From positions 3,867,954-3,931,953 of the forward strand of contig NZ_OY762999.1 in the NCBI RefSeq assembly GCF_963666665.1: a stretch of 64,000 nt of DNA, given 5' to 3'. This document shows positions 40,499 through 51,261 of the stretch, piece by piece. Source of the stretch: Maridesulfovibrio sp. GTDB taxonomy: Bacteria > Desulfobacterota > Desulfovibrionia > Desulfovibrionales > Desulfovibrionaceae. How positions within the stretch are numbered: position 1 is the stretch's first letter; the number at the start of each line of letters is the position of its first letter. Both the position numbers and the translations under genes were made by a program. The notes beneath the pieces are model-generated. The model was given only the letters and a program-made list of their open reading frames with translations, was not told the DNA's origin and did not search any database.

Positions 40499-41770
40499 AT
40501 GAAAATACTTGTTGTAGGTTCAGGCGGAAGAGAACACGCTTTGGCTTGGAAAATCAGCCAGAGTCCCAAGGTTTCTGAGATCTTTATCGCACCCGGTAAC
40601 GGCGGAACCCGTCTGCACGGCACCAATGTGCCCATCAAGGATGACGATCTGCCCGGACTGGTCAAGTTTGCCAAAGAAAACAAGATTGATCTTGTTGTGG
40701 CAGGCCCGGAACTTCCCCTCGTGCTCGGCATCAAGGAAGCCCTCGCCAAAGAAGGTATACCCTGCTTCGGACCTGGCGCATATGCAGCTAATCTTGAAGG
40801 CAGCAAGGCCTTTTCCAAGATCACTATGCGTGATTCCGGTGTTCCCACCGCTCCTTTTCAGGTTTTCGATGAGTATGAACAAGCCAAAAAATTTGTAGAA
40901 GAAAAAGGCGCACCCATCGTGGTCAAGGCTGACGGCCTTGCCGCAGGTAAAGGTGTTGTTGTTGCCGGAACTGTTGAAGAGGCTCTTGAAGCTCTCGACG
41001 ACATGATGGTTAAAAAAATCTTCGGCACTGCCGGTGAGCGCGTTGTAGTGGAAGAAGCCCTCAAGGGTGAAGAAGCTTCCTTTCTCGCTTTCTGTGCCGG
41101 TGAAGACTATGCCCTGCTGCCTTCCGCGCAGGACCACAAAGCCGTGGGCGAAGGTGATACCGGACCCAACACCGGAGGCATGGGTGCATACAGCCCGGCC
41201 CCCATTCTGCCCCGCGACAAATATGCTGAAACCGCTGAACTGGTTATCAAGCCCATTCTCAAACTGCTTGCCGAACGCGGCGAGCCTTTTACCGGTATTC
41301 TTTATGCCGGACTTATGTACACTGAAGACGGTCCTTCCGTTCTTGAATACAATGTTCGTTTCGGCGACCCAGAATGCCAGCCGCTCCTGATGCGTCTGGA
41401 TTGCGATCTGGTCGAAATCATGCTGGCCTGCGTTGAGAACCGCCTCCCTGAAGTGGACGTGAAACTCAAGGAAGAAACCACCCTTTGCGTGGTAATGGCT
41501 GCCGGCGGTTATCCCGGTCCCTATGAAAAGGGAGCAGAGATTACCGGTTTCGAGGAAGCTGAGAAGATTGAAGGCGTCAAGGTCTTTCAGGCCGGGACAA
41601 AGTATGAAGAGGGTAAAACATTAACCAGCGGCGGCCGTGTGCTGGGTGTTACCGCTCTGGGGGCGGATCTCGGAGCAGCCCAGAAAAAGGCTTATGAAGC
41701 TGTTGAAAAACTCAGTTTTGACAAAGCTTATTTCCGTCGCGACATAGGTGACAAGGGTCTTAAAAAATGA
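40499..41770 (+). CDS. purD: phosphoribosylamine--glycine ligase
   Basis: Starts MKILVVGSGGREHALAWK, has an ATP-grasp fold and is 423 aa. Confidence 0.95.
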   Translation: MKILVVGSGGREHALAWKISQSPKVSEIFIAPGNGGTRLHGTNVPIKDDDLPGLVKFAKENKIDLVVAGPELPLVLGIKEALAKEGIPCFGPGAYAANLEGSKAFSKITMRDSGVPTAPFQVFDEYEQAKKFVEEKGAPIVVKADGLAAGKGVVVAGTVEEALEALDDMMVKKIFGTAGERVVVEEALKGEEASFLAFCAGEDYALLPSAQDHKAVGEGDTGPNTGGMGAYSPAPILPRDKYAETAELVIKPILKLLAERGEPFTGILYAGLMYTEDGPSVLEYNVRFGDPECQPLLMRLDCDLVEIMLACVENRLPEVDVKLKEETTLCVVMAAGGYPGPYEKGAEITGFEEAEKIEGVKVFQAGTKYEEGKTLTSGGRVLGVTALGADLGAAQKKAYEAVEKLSFDKAYFRRDIGDKGLKK

Positions 41771-42258
41771 GTGCAAAAGTAGCTATTTTCATGGGGTCCA
41801 TTTCGGATAAGGATACAATGCAGCCTTGTTCCGATCTGCTGACCAAGCTCGGTATCCCCCACGTATTCACTGTTTCCTCTGCCCACCGTACTCCGGAAAG
41901 GACTGCGAAGCTGGTCAAGGAATTGGAAGATAACGGTTGCCAAATATTCATTTGTGCTGCAGGCCTTGCCGCGCATCTCGCAGGTGCCGTGGCAGCTAAA
42001 ACCATCCGTCCTGTTCTGGGGGTACCCATATGCGGTTCCGCTCTCGGCGGTATGGATGCCCTGCTGGCAACCGTGCAGATGCCTCCGGGATTCCCCGTAG
42101 GAACAGTTGCCCTTGATAAGGTAGGCGCAAAGAACTCCGCATGGATGGCAGCTCAGATTCTGGCTCTCCATGACGAAGAACTGGCCGGAAAGATCAGGGA
42201 AGCCCGTCAGGGTTTCATCGATTCCGTTGAGCAGGCTGCTGCTGAACTGGAAGGCTAA
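41767..42258 (+). CDS. purE: 5-(carboxyamino)imidazole ribonucleotide mutase
   Basis: 163 aa with GSISD, SAHRTP and AGLAAHLAG motifs. ATGA overlap with purD. Confidence 0.93.
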   Translation: MSAKVAIFMGSISDKDTMQPCSDLLTKLGIPHVFTVSSAHRTPERTAKLVKELEDNGCQIFICAAGLAAHLAGAVAAKTIRPVLGVPICGSALGGMDALLATVQMPPGFPVGTVALDKVGAKNSAWMAAQILALHDEELAGKIREARQGFIDSVEQAAAELEG

Positions 42259-42285
42259 TCTCTTTAATGCAAGAAAGTATTAAAA

Positions 42286-42320
42286 GGCCGTGCTCTTTTT
42301 TTGAGCACGGTCTTTTTTTT
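42286..42320 (+). terminator. intrinsic terminator after purE
   Basis: GGCCGTGCTC / GAGCACGGTC stem (one G-U pair) followed by T8. Confidence 0.8.
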
Positions 42321-42334
42321 AAGGGAGTGAATGC

Positions 42335-42961
42335 ATGTCAGTTGAGTTTTGGGGAGTATATGTGCTTACGGTTTTTCTGGCTTCCATAATCCCGGGACCG
42401 AGCATGATTCTGGCTTTGACCCACGGTGTTAAGTATGGAGCCAAGAGGGCAATTGCCACTGCTTTGGGTAATTCTGCTGCTTCATTTTTACAGGCAGTTG
42501 TTTCTATTGCCGGACTTGGGGCTTTGCTGGCAGCATCCGAAACAGCTTTTATGCTGGTTAAATATGCCGGAGCCGCCTATCTGGTCTGGCTTGGTATCGG
42601 AGTTCTTATGTCCGGTGATTTCACTTTCGAAGAGGACAGCCTTGATGCTGCCAAGAGTACCTCAAATTGGAAGCTCTTTTCGCAGGGATTCTGGGTCGCA
42701 GCCAGTAACCCGAAGGCAATTGTATTTTTCAGTGCTTTGTTTCCCCAGTTTATCAGCAGCGGACAGGCATCCATCCAGCATTTTGCCATGCTGCTTATTC
42801 TACTCACCATTATCGCATTCGGATGCATGATGATCTATGCCTGTGGTGGAGAAAAGATAAAGGAAATGATTAAGGGGACGGCTGTCTGCAGATATATAAA
42901 TAAAGTTCTGGGAACAGCTTTTGTGGGACTCGGGGTGAGTCTGGCCTGCTCCAGAAGGTAG
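42335..42961 (+). CDS. LysE/RhtB-family amino acid exporter
   Basis: 208 aa with 6 TM helices and the N-terminal IPGPSMILALTHG motif typical of the LysE family. Confidence 0.8.
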   Translation: MSVEFWGVYVLTVFLASIIPGPSMILALTHGVKYGAKRAIATALGNSAASFLQAVVSIAGLGALLAASETAFMLVKYAGAAYLVWLGIGVLMSGDFTFEEDSLDAAKSTSNWKLFSQGFWVAASNPKAIVFFSALFPQFISSGQASIQHFAMLLILLTIIAFGCMMIYACGGEKIKEMIKGTAVCRYINKVLGTAFVGLGVSLACSRR

Positions 42962-42977
42962 TGGACACTCTTGGATA

Positions 42978-43343
42978 TTAATTCAGCATAGAGTGCACTG
43001 TGCTCAGGAAATCGTTCTGGGTAAACGGTTTGACCAGTGCCTCTTTTGCCCCAAGGGCCTTGGCTTGTTTCAGGTACTCAAGACCTGTAAATTCTCCACC
43101 GCCGGATATGACCAGAATGCTGCATTCCGGTTTTTTCTGCTTTAATTCCATGATGGTCTGGATGCCATCCATATTCGGCATGAAAATGTCAATGATGACC
43201 AGATCCACCGGATTGGATTCAAATAAGGACAGACCTTTCTCGCCGTCTGTTGCAGCGAGAGTGGTAACCTCTTCTTTTCTGAGGTAGTGCTTGAGCAGTT
43301 CAAGCATCTTAGGGTCGTCATCAACGATCAGAATAGTCTTCAT
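42978..43343 (-). CDS. single-domain response regulator (CheY-like receiver)
   Basis: 121 aa with DD (LIVDDD), phospho-acceptor D (LVIIDIFMP) and K (VKPF) positions. Confidence 0.9.
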   Translation of the reverse strand: MKTILIVDDDPKMLELLKHYLRKEEVTTLAATDGEKGLSLFESNPVDLVIIDIFMPNMDGIQTIMELKQKKPECSILVISGGGEFTGLEYLKQAKALGAKEALVKPFTQNDFLSTVHSMLN

Positions 43344-43423
43344 AATAATTAGGTGGTTAGAAAGATTTTTATATTGCCTACCTCAAGCAGATTTAAAAAG
43401 GAAGTAGTGCGTATATTAAGTAA

Positions 43424-43819
43424 TTAATAACCTGTTTTTAGTTGTAAGTGCAACTGGCTGCTGGCTTCCGGCAGGAGCTCTATGGCCAATGCAATTTCTT
43501 TTGCCAGTTGAGGGAAAATTTCCAAGGACTCTTCCATGTCACCTTTTGCCGCGCCCTTTTCCAAGGCATAGCTCAGTGAATGGGCTTGAATAGCACCTAC
43601 AGCACCGCATTCACTTTTCAGGGTGTGGGAGCTGGCGGATGCTTCTTTCAGGTTGCCATGCTCGATACTAGTCTTGATTGCAGAAAGGTGCTTAACTGCT
43701 TCTTCTATAAAGATCTCAATAGCCTCTTCCAATAATTCATGATCACCTGAGAATCTATCCAATGCACTTTGCAGGTCAAAGCGTTCAGGGGAATCAGTTT
43801 CGTTCATTTTTATCTCCAA
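43424..43819 (-). CDS. Hpt (histidine phosphotransfer) domain protein
   Basis: Four-helix pattern with HTLKSECGAVGA (HxxKG-type phosphohistidine motif). Confidence 0.75.
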   Translation of the reverse strand: MEIKMNETDSPERFDLQSALDRFSGDHELLEEAIEIFIEEAVKHLSAIKTSIEHGNLKEASASSHTLKSECGAVGAIQAHSLSYALEKGAAKGDMEESLEIFPQLAKEIALAIELLPEASSQLHLQLKTGY

Positions 43820-43923
43820 TTTGCAATTGGCTGGGAGAGTTTGTCCTGCAGCTCAAGTCTAGTTCGGTAATTTATATTTTATCTTAAGCAGGGGCTGTCA
43901 GCAACATGGATTTGAAATAAATT

Positions 43924-43958
43924 AAAAAATCCCCGGCAACTATTGTTACCGGGGATTT
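43924..43958 (-). terminator. intrinsic terminator after htpG
   Basis: On the minus strand: ATCCCCGG ... CCGGGGAT stem followed by T6. Confidence 0.8.
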
Positions 43959-43982
43959 GATGCACTTTTTTGTAATATATTA

Positions 43983-45881
43983 CTAGTTTTTCTTTTCCAG
44001 CTCGGCATACCAGCCGCCGGCCTTGGTCAGCAGGCTCTGAATGCGGCCTACTAAGGCATGGGGATCGTTAAGGTAGCCTTCCAGCAGCAGGGCGGATTCA
44101 AGCAGCTGGTTAGAGGAAAGGGCGATGAACTCGTCATCAGGGTTGACCTTGAAGATTTCCAGCATGGAACGCAGCAGCGGATGGTCGGCGTTCACTTCCA
44201 TGGTCTTGGTGGGGATGGAGCTGTCTTTATTCATGGCCTTCATCAGTTTTTCCATGGAAGAAGTCATGGCTCCGTCTGGGTTGACCAGACGGCAGGGAGA
44301 GTCGGAAAGACGTTCGGAAACTTTTACTTCAGAAACCTGTTCGCCGAGGACTTCCTTCATCTTGGCGATGAGTGCCTCCATATCTTTTTCCTGTTCTTCG
44401 GAAAGCGGTTCCGGCTCATCTTCTTTTTTAGCTGATTCGAATTTATCCAGCTTTTCAAGGTCGGCATACTCAGCGGCTACAAAGTTGAAACCTTCGTGTT
44501 CACGGATGGATTCCATGACGAATTCATCAATGGGTTCGTAGAGGTAGAGTACTTCGATATCCTTGTTGCGGAAGATTTCGAGGTGCGGGTTGAGGTTTGC
44601 GGCCTCGCGGCTGGCAACAAAAGAGTAGTAGATTTCCTTCTGGTCTTCCTTGGCGCGTTCGATATAGTCCGCAAAAGATACAAGGGTATTGGCTTCGGCT
44701 TTGGAAGAGTCGAAGCGGAGCAGCTTGGCGTACTTGTCACGGTTGAGGAAGTCCATGTGCCCGGCTTTGAAAATCTTGGAGTGGGCTTTCCAGAATTTTG
44801 CGTATTTTTCTGCATCATCATTAGCGAGTTTTTCCAGCTGTCCCAGAACCTGCTTGGTCAGGGTTGCGCTGATTTTACCGATGAGCAGGTTGTCCTGCAG
44901 GGTCTCGCGGGAGATGTTGAGGGGCAGGTCTTCGGTGTCGACCACACCCTTGATGAAGCTCAGGTACTCGGGGAGCAGGTTTTTGTTCTGCTTTTCGATG
45001 AGCACGCGGCGTACGTAGAGATCAAGGCCCCAGTTGTCGCGGTCCATGCCGAAAATGTCGAGGTCATTTTCAGGGATGAAAAGCAGGGAGTTGAACTGTA
45101 CCGGAGCGTCTACGGAAAAGTGCAGGGTATCAATGGGAGGCTGCACGTCGTAGGTCAGGAATTTGTAGAATTCTTCGTACTGCTCCTGTTTGATCTGGAA
45201 TTTTGGTTCACGCCAGAGGGCGGATACGGTGTTAACGCGTTCGCCGCCGATCATGATCGGGAAAGATACAAAGTTGGAGTGGCGTTTGACGATGTCTTTA
45301 AGTTTGTCGTCGGAACCGAAGCGTCCGGCATTGTCTTCATTGAGGTGGATCTCGATGATGGTACCATGATCCATTTCAGCTTCAACTTCAGTGAGTTCAT
45401 ATGCGTTCTTGCCATCGGAGACCCACTGGATTGCAGGTTCGTCTTTGAGGTAAGACTTGGTGCGCACAACAACGTGGTCGGAAACCATGAAGATGGAGTA
45501 GAAACCGACACCGAAACGGCCGATAAGGGAATCAAGGCTTTCTTTGGAGCCGGCAGCCTGTTTGACGAATTCAGCAGAACCGGAATGAGCGATGGTTCCG
45601 ATGTTGGTCATGACTTCTTCGCGGGTCATGCCGATACCGGTGTCGGTCACGGTTACGGTCTTCTTCTCTTCGTCGTAGGCGATGAGGATTTCGGGTTCCA
45701 CTTCATCTTCCAGCTCGGGATTGCTGTTGATGGCAAAACGCATTTTATCGAGGGCATCGGATGCGTTGGAAACCAGTTCGCGCAGGAAAATTTCGCGGTT
45801 GGTGTAGAGTGAGTGGACCAGGATGTCCAGCAGCTGGTTAACTTCAGCCTTGAATTCGAATTTTTCTGTCTGGGCAGTCAT
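43983..45881 (-). CDS. htpG: molecular chaperone HtpG (Hsp90)
   Basis: Hsp90 signature YTNREIFLRELVSNASDALDK and the GxxGxG lid (GRFGVGFYS); 632 aa. Confidence 0.96.
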   Translation of the reverse strand: MTAQTEKFEFKAEVNQLLDILVHSLYTNREIFLRELVSNASDALDKMRFAINSNPELEDEVEPEILIAYDEEKKTVTVTDTGIGMTREEVMTNIGTIAHSGSAEFVKQAAGSKESLDSLIGRFGVGFYSIFMVSDHVVVRTKSYLKDEPAIQWVSDGKNAYELTEVEAEMDHGTIIEIHLNEDNAGRFGSDDKLKDIVKRHSNFVSFPIMIGGERVNTVSALWREPKFQIKQEQYEEFYKFLTYDVQPPIDTLHFSVDAPVQFNSLLFIPENDLDIFGMDRDNWGLDLYVRRVLIEKQNKNLLPEYLSFIKGVVDTEDLPLNISRETLQDNLLIGKISATLTKQVLGQLEKLANDDAEKYAKFWKAHSKIFKAGHMDFLNRDKYAKLLRFDSSKAEANTLVSFADYIERAKEDQKEIYYSFVASREAANLNPHLEIFRNKDIEVLYLYEPIDEFVMESIREHEGFNFVAAEYADLEKLDKFESAKKEDEPEPLSEEQEKDMEALIAKMKEVLGEQVSEVKVSERLSDSPCRLVNPDGAMTSSMEKLMKAMNKDSSIPTKTMEVNADHPLLRSMLEIFKVNPDDEFIALSSNQLLESALLLEGYLNDPHALVGRIQSLLTKAGGWYAELEKKN

Positions 45882-46084
45882 TTAGTTCCTCCATAAACAT
45901 AAAATTCCTTCCGGCTGTTCAAGACAGTCGGAAGGTAATTGAAATTTTAATGTACTATCAAACTGTTCAAAAGTAGTGAGATGCAAGGCGCAAGAAAAGC
46001 TCAAGACCGAAGCGTATACTTAATACGTGAGGGTTTGAGCTTTTTGCAGCTACGCCGCAGGTCGCTGCTTTTCAGCAGTTTGAT

Positions 46085-46699
46085 CTATTTAGTTACTGCT
46101 TTGAGCTTGTCAAGGAGGAACTTTTCCATTTCCCGGCGGTCTTTGCGCAGCCGGACCAGCTCTGCTTCCATCACAGAAAGTTTTTCTTTGAGCTGTGTGT
46201 TTTCGTCTTTTAAACCTGCAATGCTTGCATTCTGGGCATTCAGGTCGGCGTTTGCCTTGTCCATGCAGGCTCTTACGTCTTCGGATATTGCTCCCTGCGG
46301 CATGCAGGAGAGCATTCCCTTCAGGCCCTCATTGATAGATTTCGCGATTTCAGTTCCCATGGCAGCGGCAAGTTGGATGGCAGGTTCCAAACTGGCCTGC
46401 TGGATCTGAACGGGGGCGGCCGGTGTTGCCAGTTCCGGTCCTTGCGGATCAATGGCTACGTTGACCGGATACTTGCGGGAAAGTTCGGCCATAACGTCTT
46501 CGGCTGTATGGCCCTGTTTGAGCATGGAGGCGATAATTTTAAAAATTTCAATTGCTTCAGATTTGAATCTTTTTTGCCGGTTGCGACCGGTACTGGGCAG
46601 GTACTGGGCGAAACGGTTTTTCCAGTAGTGGAGGGTTGACTCTGGTACCTCCAGCAAGCGCGAAATTTCGGCGATGGAAAGAAGTTTTTTGTCTGGCAC
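46085..46699 (-). CDS. MerR-family HTH transcriptional regulator with a C-terminal coiled coil
   Basis: N-terminal LSIAEISRLLEVPESTLHYWKNRF helix-turn-helix and a C-terminal heptad-rich region. Confidence 0.7.
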   Translation of the reverse strand: MPDKKLLSIAEISRLLEVPESTLHYWKNRFAQYLPSTGRNRQKRFKSEAIEIFKIIASMLKQGHTAEDVMAELSRKYPVNVAIDPQGPELATPAAPVQIQQASLEPAIQLAAAMGTEIAKSINEGLKGMLSCMPQGAISEDVRACMDKANADLNAQNASIAGLKDENTQLKEKLSVMEAELVRLRKDRREMEKFLLDKLKAVTK

Positions 46700-47021
46700 G
46701 GCATGCTCCGCATTGGGGTTTCATGGGAAATTCAAACTTTATTTATTATTATTTTTTTTTAGTTTTTAATGCAAGTCCAGTCTATAAACTATCAAATTAT
46801 TATAAAAATGTTGCAATTCGAACATTTTTGTGTTCACTTTCGATCAGAAAACCATATTGATTCCTTTTCAAGAATGGAGTACGCGGTCAACCTGACAGGT
46901 CTTAAAAGGCTGGCCGAAAAGAGGAATCAACAGTGATTTTCGTTTTTCGGACGGTCTTTGAAAACTAGCCCCGGAGTGTACCATAATTGTCTCGCAATCA
47001 TGTTTTTAGTTTCTGCGGAAT

Positions 47022-47855
47022 ATGGTATTAGTTTTGGAGCAAGAATCCAGCAAGCAGCGGAGTTCAACGTTGAGTTCGGAAACTATTTTACTTTTTGATG
47101 TGGGAAATACCAATACCAAAATCGGTTTTTCCACCCGTGATAAAATTGGCCCTTCATTCACTCTGCCCACCGATCCCGGGGGCACTGCGGATTCGTGGGG
47201 ACTCAAGCTTATTGAAATCTGCCGGGTTGCCGGGTTCTCCAATGAAGACATCATCGGCGGAGCCGTATCCTCGGTTGTTCCGCCCATGAACCCTATACTG
47301 AAGCGGGCCGTGGAAAGATTTTTTCCCTGTGAGCTTCGTTTTGCGCCGGATTCCATTCCTCTGGCACTGAATAACAAGTATGAAAGGCCGTGGGAAGTCG
47401 GTGCAGACAGGCTGGTCACAGCTTTTGCGGGCCGCCGGATCAGCGGCAGCGAGAATCTCATTGTTGTCGATTTCGGCACTGCCACCACTTTCGACTGTGT
47501 GGTGGGCATGGATTATATGGGCGGATTGATCTGCCCCGGGGTGCTTTCTTCCACCAAGGCGCTGGCATCCGGGACCGCAAAACTGCCGCATATTTCTCTT
47601 GAGATCGAGTCCGATACCATCAGGCCGGGCAAGAGCACTGCAGACAGCCTTAACCAGGGGCTTATCTTCGGGTTCGCAGCCATGGTTGAAGGCTTGAGCG
47701 AGCGTTTGGGCAAGACTCTCGGCGGGGAGGTTGAGCTCATCGCCACCGGAGGGTTCGCCTCTAAGATAGCTGAAGTCTGTCAGGCCATTGACCGTGTGGA
47801 GCCGACCCTCCTTCTGGACGGGTTGCGCATGGCTTGGTTTGGCAGTGAAAAATAG
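47022..47855 (+). CDS. coaX: type III pantothenate kinase
   Basis: LLFDVGNTNTKIG and DFGTATTFD ASKHA motifs. The true start is probably the TTG at 47070, preceded by GGAG; the longest ORF begins at 47022. Confidence 0.85.
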   Translation: MVLVLEQESSKQRSSTLSSETILLFDVGNTNTKIGFSTRDKIGPSFTLPTDPGGTADSWGLKLIEICRVAGFSNEDIIGGAVSSVVPPMNPILKRAVERFFPCELRFAPDSIPLALNNKYERPWEVGADRLVTAFAGRRISGSENLIVVDFGTATTFDCVVGMDYMGGLICPGVLSSTKALASGTAKLPHISLEIESDTIRPGKSTADSLNQGLIFGFAAMVEGLSERLGKTLGGEVELIATGGFASKIAEVCQAIDRVEPTLLLDGLRMAWFGSEK

Positions 47856-47901
47856 TTTAGTGTAGGTTTTTTGCCGGGGACGTACCCGGTAGTTCAAGTA
47901 A

Positions 47902-49230
<1,329 letters not shown>

Positions 49231-49257
49231 AAACAGTCAGTCTGTTTAGTTTAGTAC

Positions 49258-49291
49258 AAGGCTGCGGGATTTTTCCCGCAGCCTTTTTTTG
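49258..49291 (+). terminator. intrinsic terminator after eno
   Basis: GGCTGCGGGA / TCCCGCAGCC stem followed by T7. Confidence 0.85.
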
Positions 49292-49356
49292 TGATGTTAT
49301 AACACGATCAAGTCTCTTATTATTGACCCGTTATGCTGCGAAAGGTATGTTTGAGT

Positions 49357-50151
49357 ATGCGTGCAAATTTAATTTTTTCGGCATTACTTGCTGTACTTTC
49401 TTTTTCAAGTGTCACTTATGCGGAGGTAAGTGTCCGGTATTCATGTTGCGAAACGAGGAACAACCAGTTTGTAGGAGAGTTGCTCTCCAGTGCTTTAAAA
49501 GCCAGCAGCCCTGATGTTAATTTTGTTATGCTGAAATGCTACCCGAATTTGCGCAAACGCCGCATGCTTGAACATGGTTCAATCGATGTACTACCGCTGA
49601 TCCAAAGTAAGAAGTATGACGAAGAGCATATTCCAATTAACGTTCCGCTCACTAAGGGCAATATTTCAAAGCGAGTGCTGGTTGTTTCAAAATCTAAAGT
49701 AGGCCTTTTTGAAAATGTAAATTCATTAGAAGATTTTCGGGCCTTGAATTTAGTAGGCGCGTTCGGCCAAAAATGGTTCGATAACAAAGTGTGGGAAGAG
49801 AATGGTCTAAAGCATGTCTCTGTGGCGGATTGGCAGCTTATTTATTGTATGCTGAGTCGTACGAATAGAAATGTTGACTATTTTCCGCGATCTGTTCTTG
49901 AAGCAAAGGAAGAGATTCGTACTTATTCGGACTTGGTAATTGTCCCGAATATCCTTTTTTCTTATGATAAGAACATCATAATCTATCTTTCACCCAAACG
50001 TAGGGAATTGAAGCCTATATTGGAGAAAGCCTTGCGAAATGCACAATCGTCAGGCTTAATCGATAAACTGGTGGATAAATATTATGGGCAGGATCTAAAC
50101 AGTCTTGAAATTGATAAGCGGAAGGTCTTCCATTTAAAGACACCGGAGTAA
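49357..50151 (+). CDS. exported hypothetical protein, family-3 solute-binding-protein-like
   Basis: Signal peptide MRANLIFSALLAVLSFSSVTYA. The length and alternating pattern resemble orphan SBP_bac_3-like proteins. It is visibly more AT-rich than the flanking eno and folD. Confidence 0.45.
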   Translation: MRANLIFSALLAVLSFSSVTYAEVSVRYSCCETRNNQFVGELLSSALKASSPDVNFVMLKCYPNLRKRRMLEHGSIDVLPLIQSKKYDEEHIPINVPLTKGNISKRVLVVSKSKVGLFENVNSLEDFRALNLVGAFGQKWFDNKVWEENGLKHVSVADWQLIYCMLSRTNRNVDYFPRSVLEAKEEIRTYSDLVIVPNILFSYDKNIIIYLSPKRRELKPILEKALRNAQSSGLIDKLVDKYYGQDLNSLEIDKRKVFHLKTPE

Positions 50152-50238
50152 TCATTCAGTAGGCTGTGTGCTTGCCAGTCCTCAAAAATTACAATATGCA
50201 TTTTTCACCCACAGGCCATAAACAGCGGAGAAATTTCA

Positions 50239-51099
50239 ATGCAGATTTTGAATGGTAAAGAAACAGCTCTTACTATTCGTGAAGAGCTGAAAGTAGAGAT
50301 AGACGGACTTAAAGAAAAACACGGTAGAGCGCCCGGTCTGGCCGTTATTCTGGTCGGCGAGGACCCCGCATCTCAGGTATACGTGCGCAACAAGGAAATT
50401 GCCTGCGAAAAGGCAGGAATTGTTTCCACTGCCCACCGTATCGATGCATCCGTTTCTCAGGAAGAGCTTGAAGCACTGATCCAGAATCTCAACGCAGACG
50501 AGACCATCGACGGTATCCTGCTGCAGCTGCCCCTGCCCAAGGGACTGGACAGCCAGCGCTGTCTCGAACTCATTGATCCCGGCAAGGACGTGGACGGCTT
50601 CCATCCCATGAACGTAGGTAAGCTCATGCTCGGCCTGCCCGGTTTCCGTTCCTGCACCCCTGCAGGTATCATTACCCTGCTGGAACGCTACAACCTGCCC
50701 ACTTCCGGTAAGAAAGCCGTAGTAGTAGGTCGTTCCAACATCGTTGGTAAGCCTCTCGCCATGATGCTCATGCAGTACGGTGATTTCGCAAACGCCACCG
50801 TGACTGTCTGCCATTCCCGCACTGACAACCTCGCTGAGGAAGTCAAAGCCGCAGACTTCGTTTTCGCTGCCATCGGCATTCCCAAGTTCATTAAGAAAGA
50901 GATGGTTAAAGACGGCGCAGTTGTAGTTGATGTAGGCATCAACCGAACTGACGAAGGTCTGGTCGGTGACTGCGATTACGCAGCACTGGAAGACGTGGCA
51001 TCCGCCATGACCCCCGTTCCCGGCGGAGTCGGTCCCATGACCATCGCTCAGCTGCTGATCAACACCGTACAGGCTTATAAGGAGCATGTCGGGGCTTAA
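50239..51099 (+). CDS. folD: bifunctional methylenetetrahydrofolate dehydrogenase / methenyl-THF cyclohydrolase
   Basis: 286 aa with the conserved [22 protein letters not shown] and PGGVGPMT motifs. Confidence 0.95.
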   Translation: MQILNGKETALTIREELKVEIDGLKEKHGRAPGLAVILVGEDPASQVYVRNKEIACEKAGIVSTAHRIDASVSQEELEALIQNLNADETIDGILLQLPLPKGLDSQRCLELIDPGKDVDGFHPMNVGKLMLGLPGFRSCTPAGIITLLERYNLPTSGKKAVVVGRSNIVGKPLAMMLMQYGDFANATVTVCHSRTDNLAEEVKAADFVFAAIGIPKFIKKEMVKDGAVVVDVGINRTDEGLVGDCDYAALEDVASAMTPVPGGVGPMTIAQLLINTVQAYKEHVGA

Positions 51100-51129
51100 T
51101 TTATTGGTTTATGCGTGTTTGAAGTTTTG

Positions 51130-51167
51130 AAAAACTCCCTGTCTCGGTTGAGGCAGGGAGTTTTTTT
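51130..51167 (+). terminator. intrinsic terminator after folD
   Basis: AAAAACTCCCTGTCTC / GAGGCAGGGAGTTTTT stem followed by a T-run. Confidence 0.85.
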
Positions 51168-51192
51168 GTGGACTAGGTTAATTGACAAATTT

Positions 51193-51251
51193 AAATATTC
51201 TACTAGAATAATTCTAAGAGAATAAAATTTAGCATTCTTTTAGAATAATTT
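51193..51251. repeat. 59-nt structured repeat, left copy (palindrome ATTCTACTAGAAT plus a 13-bp-stem hairpin)
   Basis: Sequence is AAATATTCTACTAGAAT-A-ATTCT-N26-AGAATAATTT. It aligns position by position with the copy at 52384..52442. Confidence 0.8.
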
Positions 51252-51261
51252 GGAGTATGTT

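Noticed and set aside
44496-45812. 438-aa ORF antisense to htpG
   Set aside because: Shadow ORF opposite an unmistakable Hsp90 gene. It has no ribosome-binding site and no recognisable domain.
45999-46040. HspR HAIR operator (CTTGAGT-N7-ACTCAAG) upstream of htpG
   Set aside because: The CTCAA/TTGAG arms are in the opposite order and about 30 nt apart, so the structure is better explained as a terminator hairpin.
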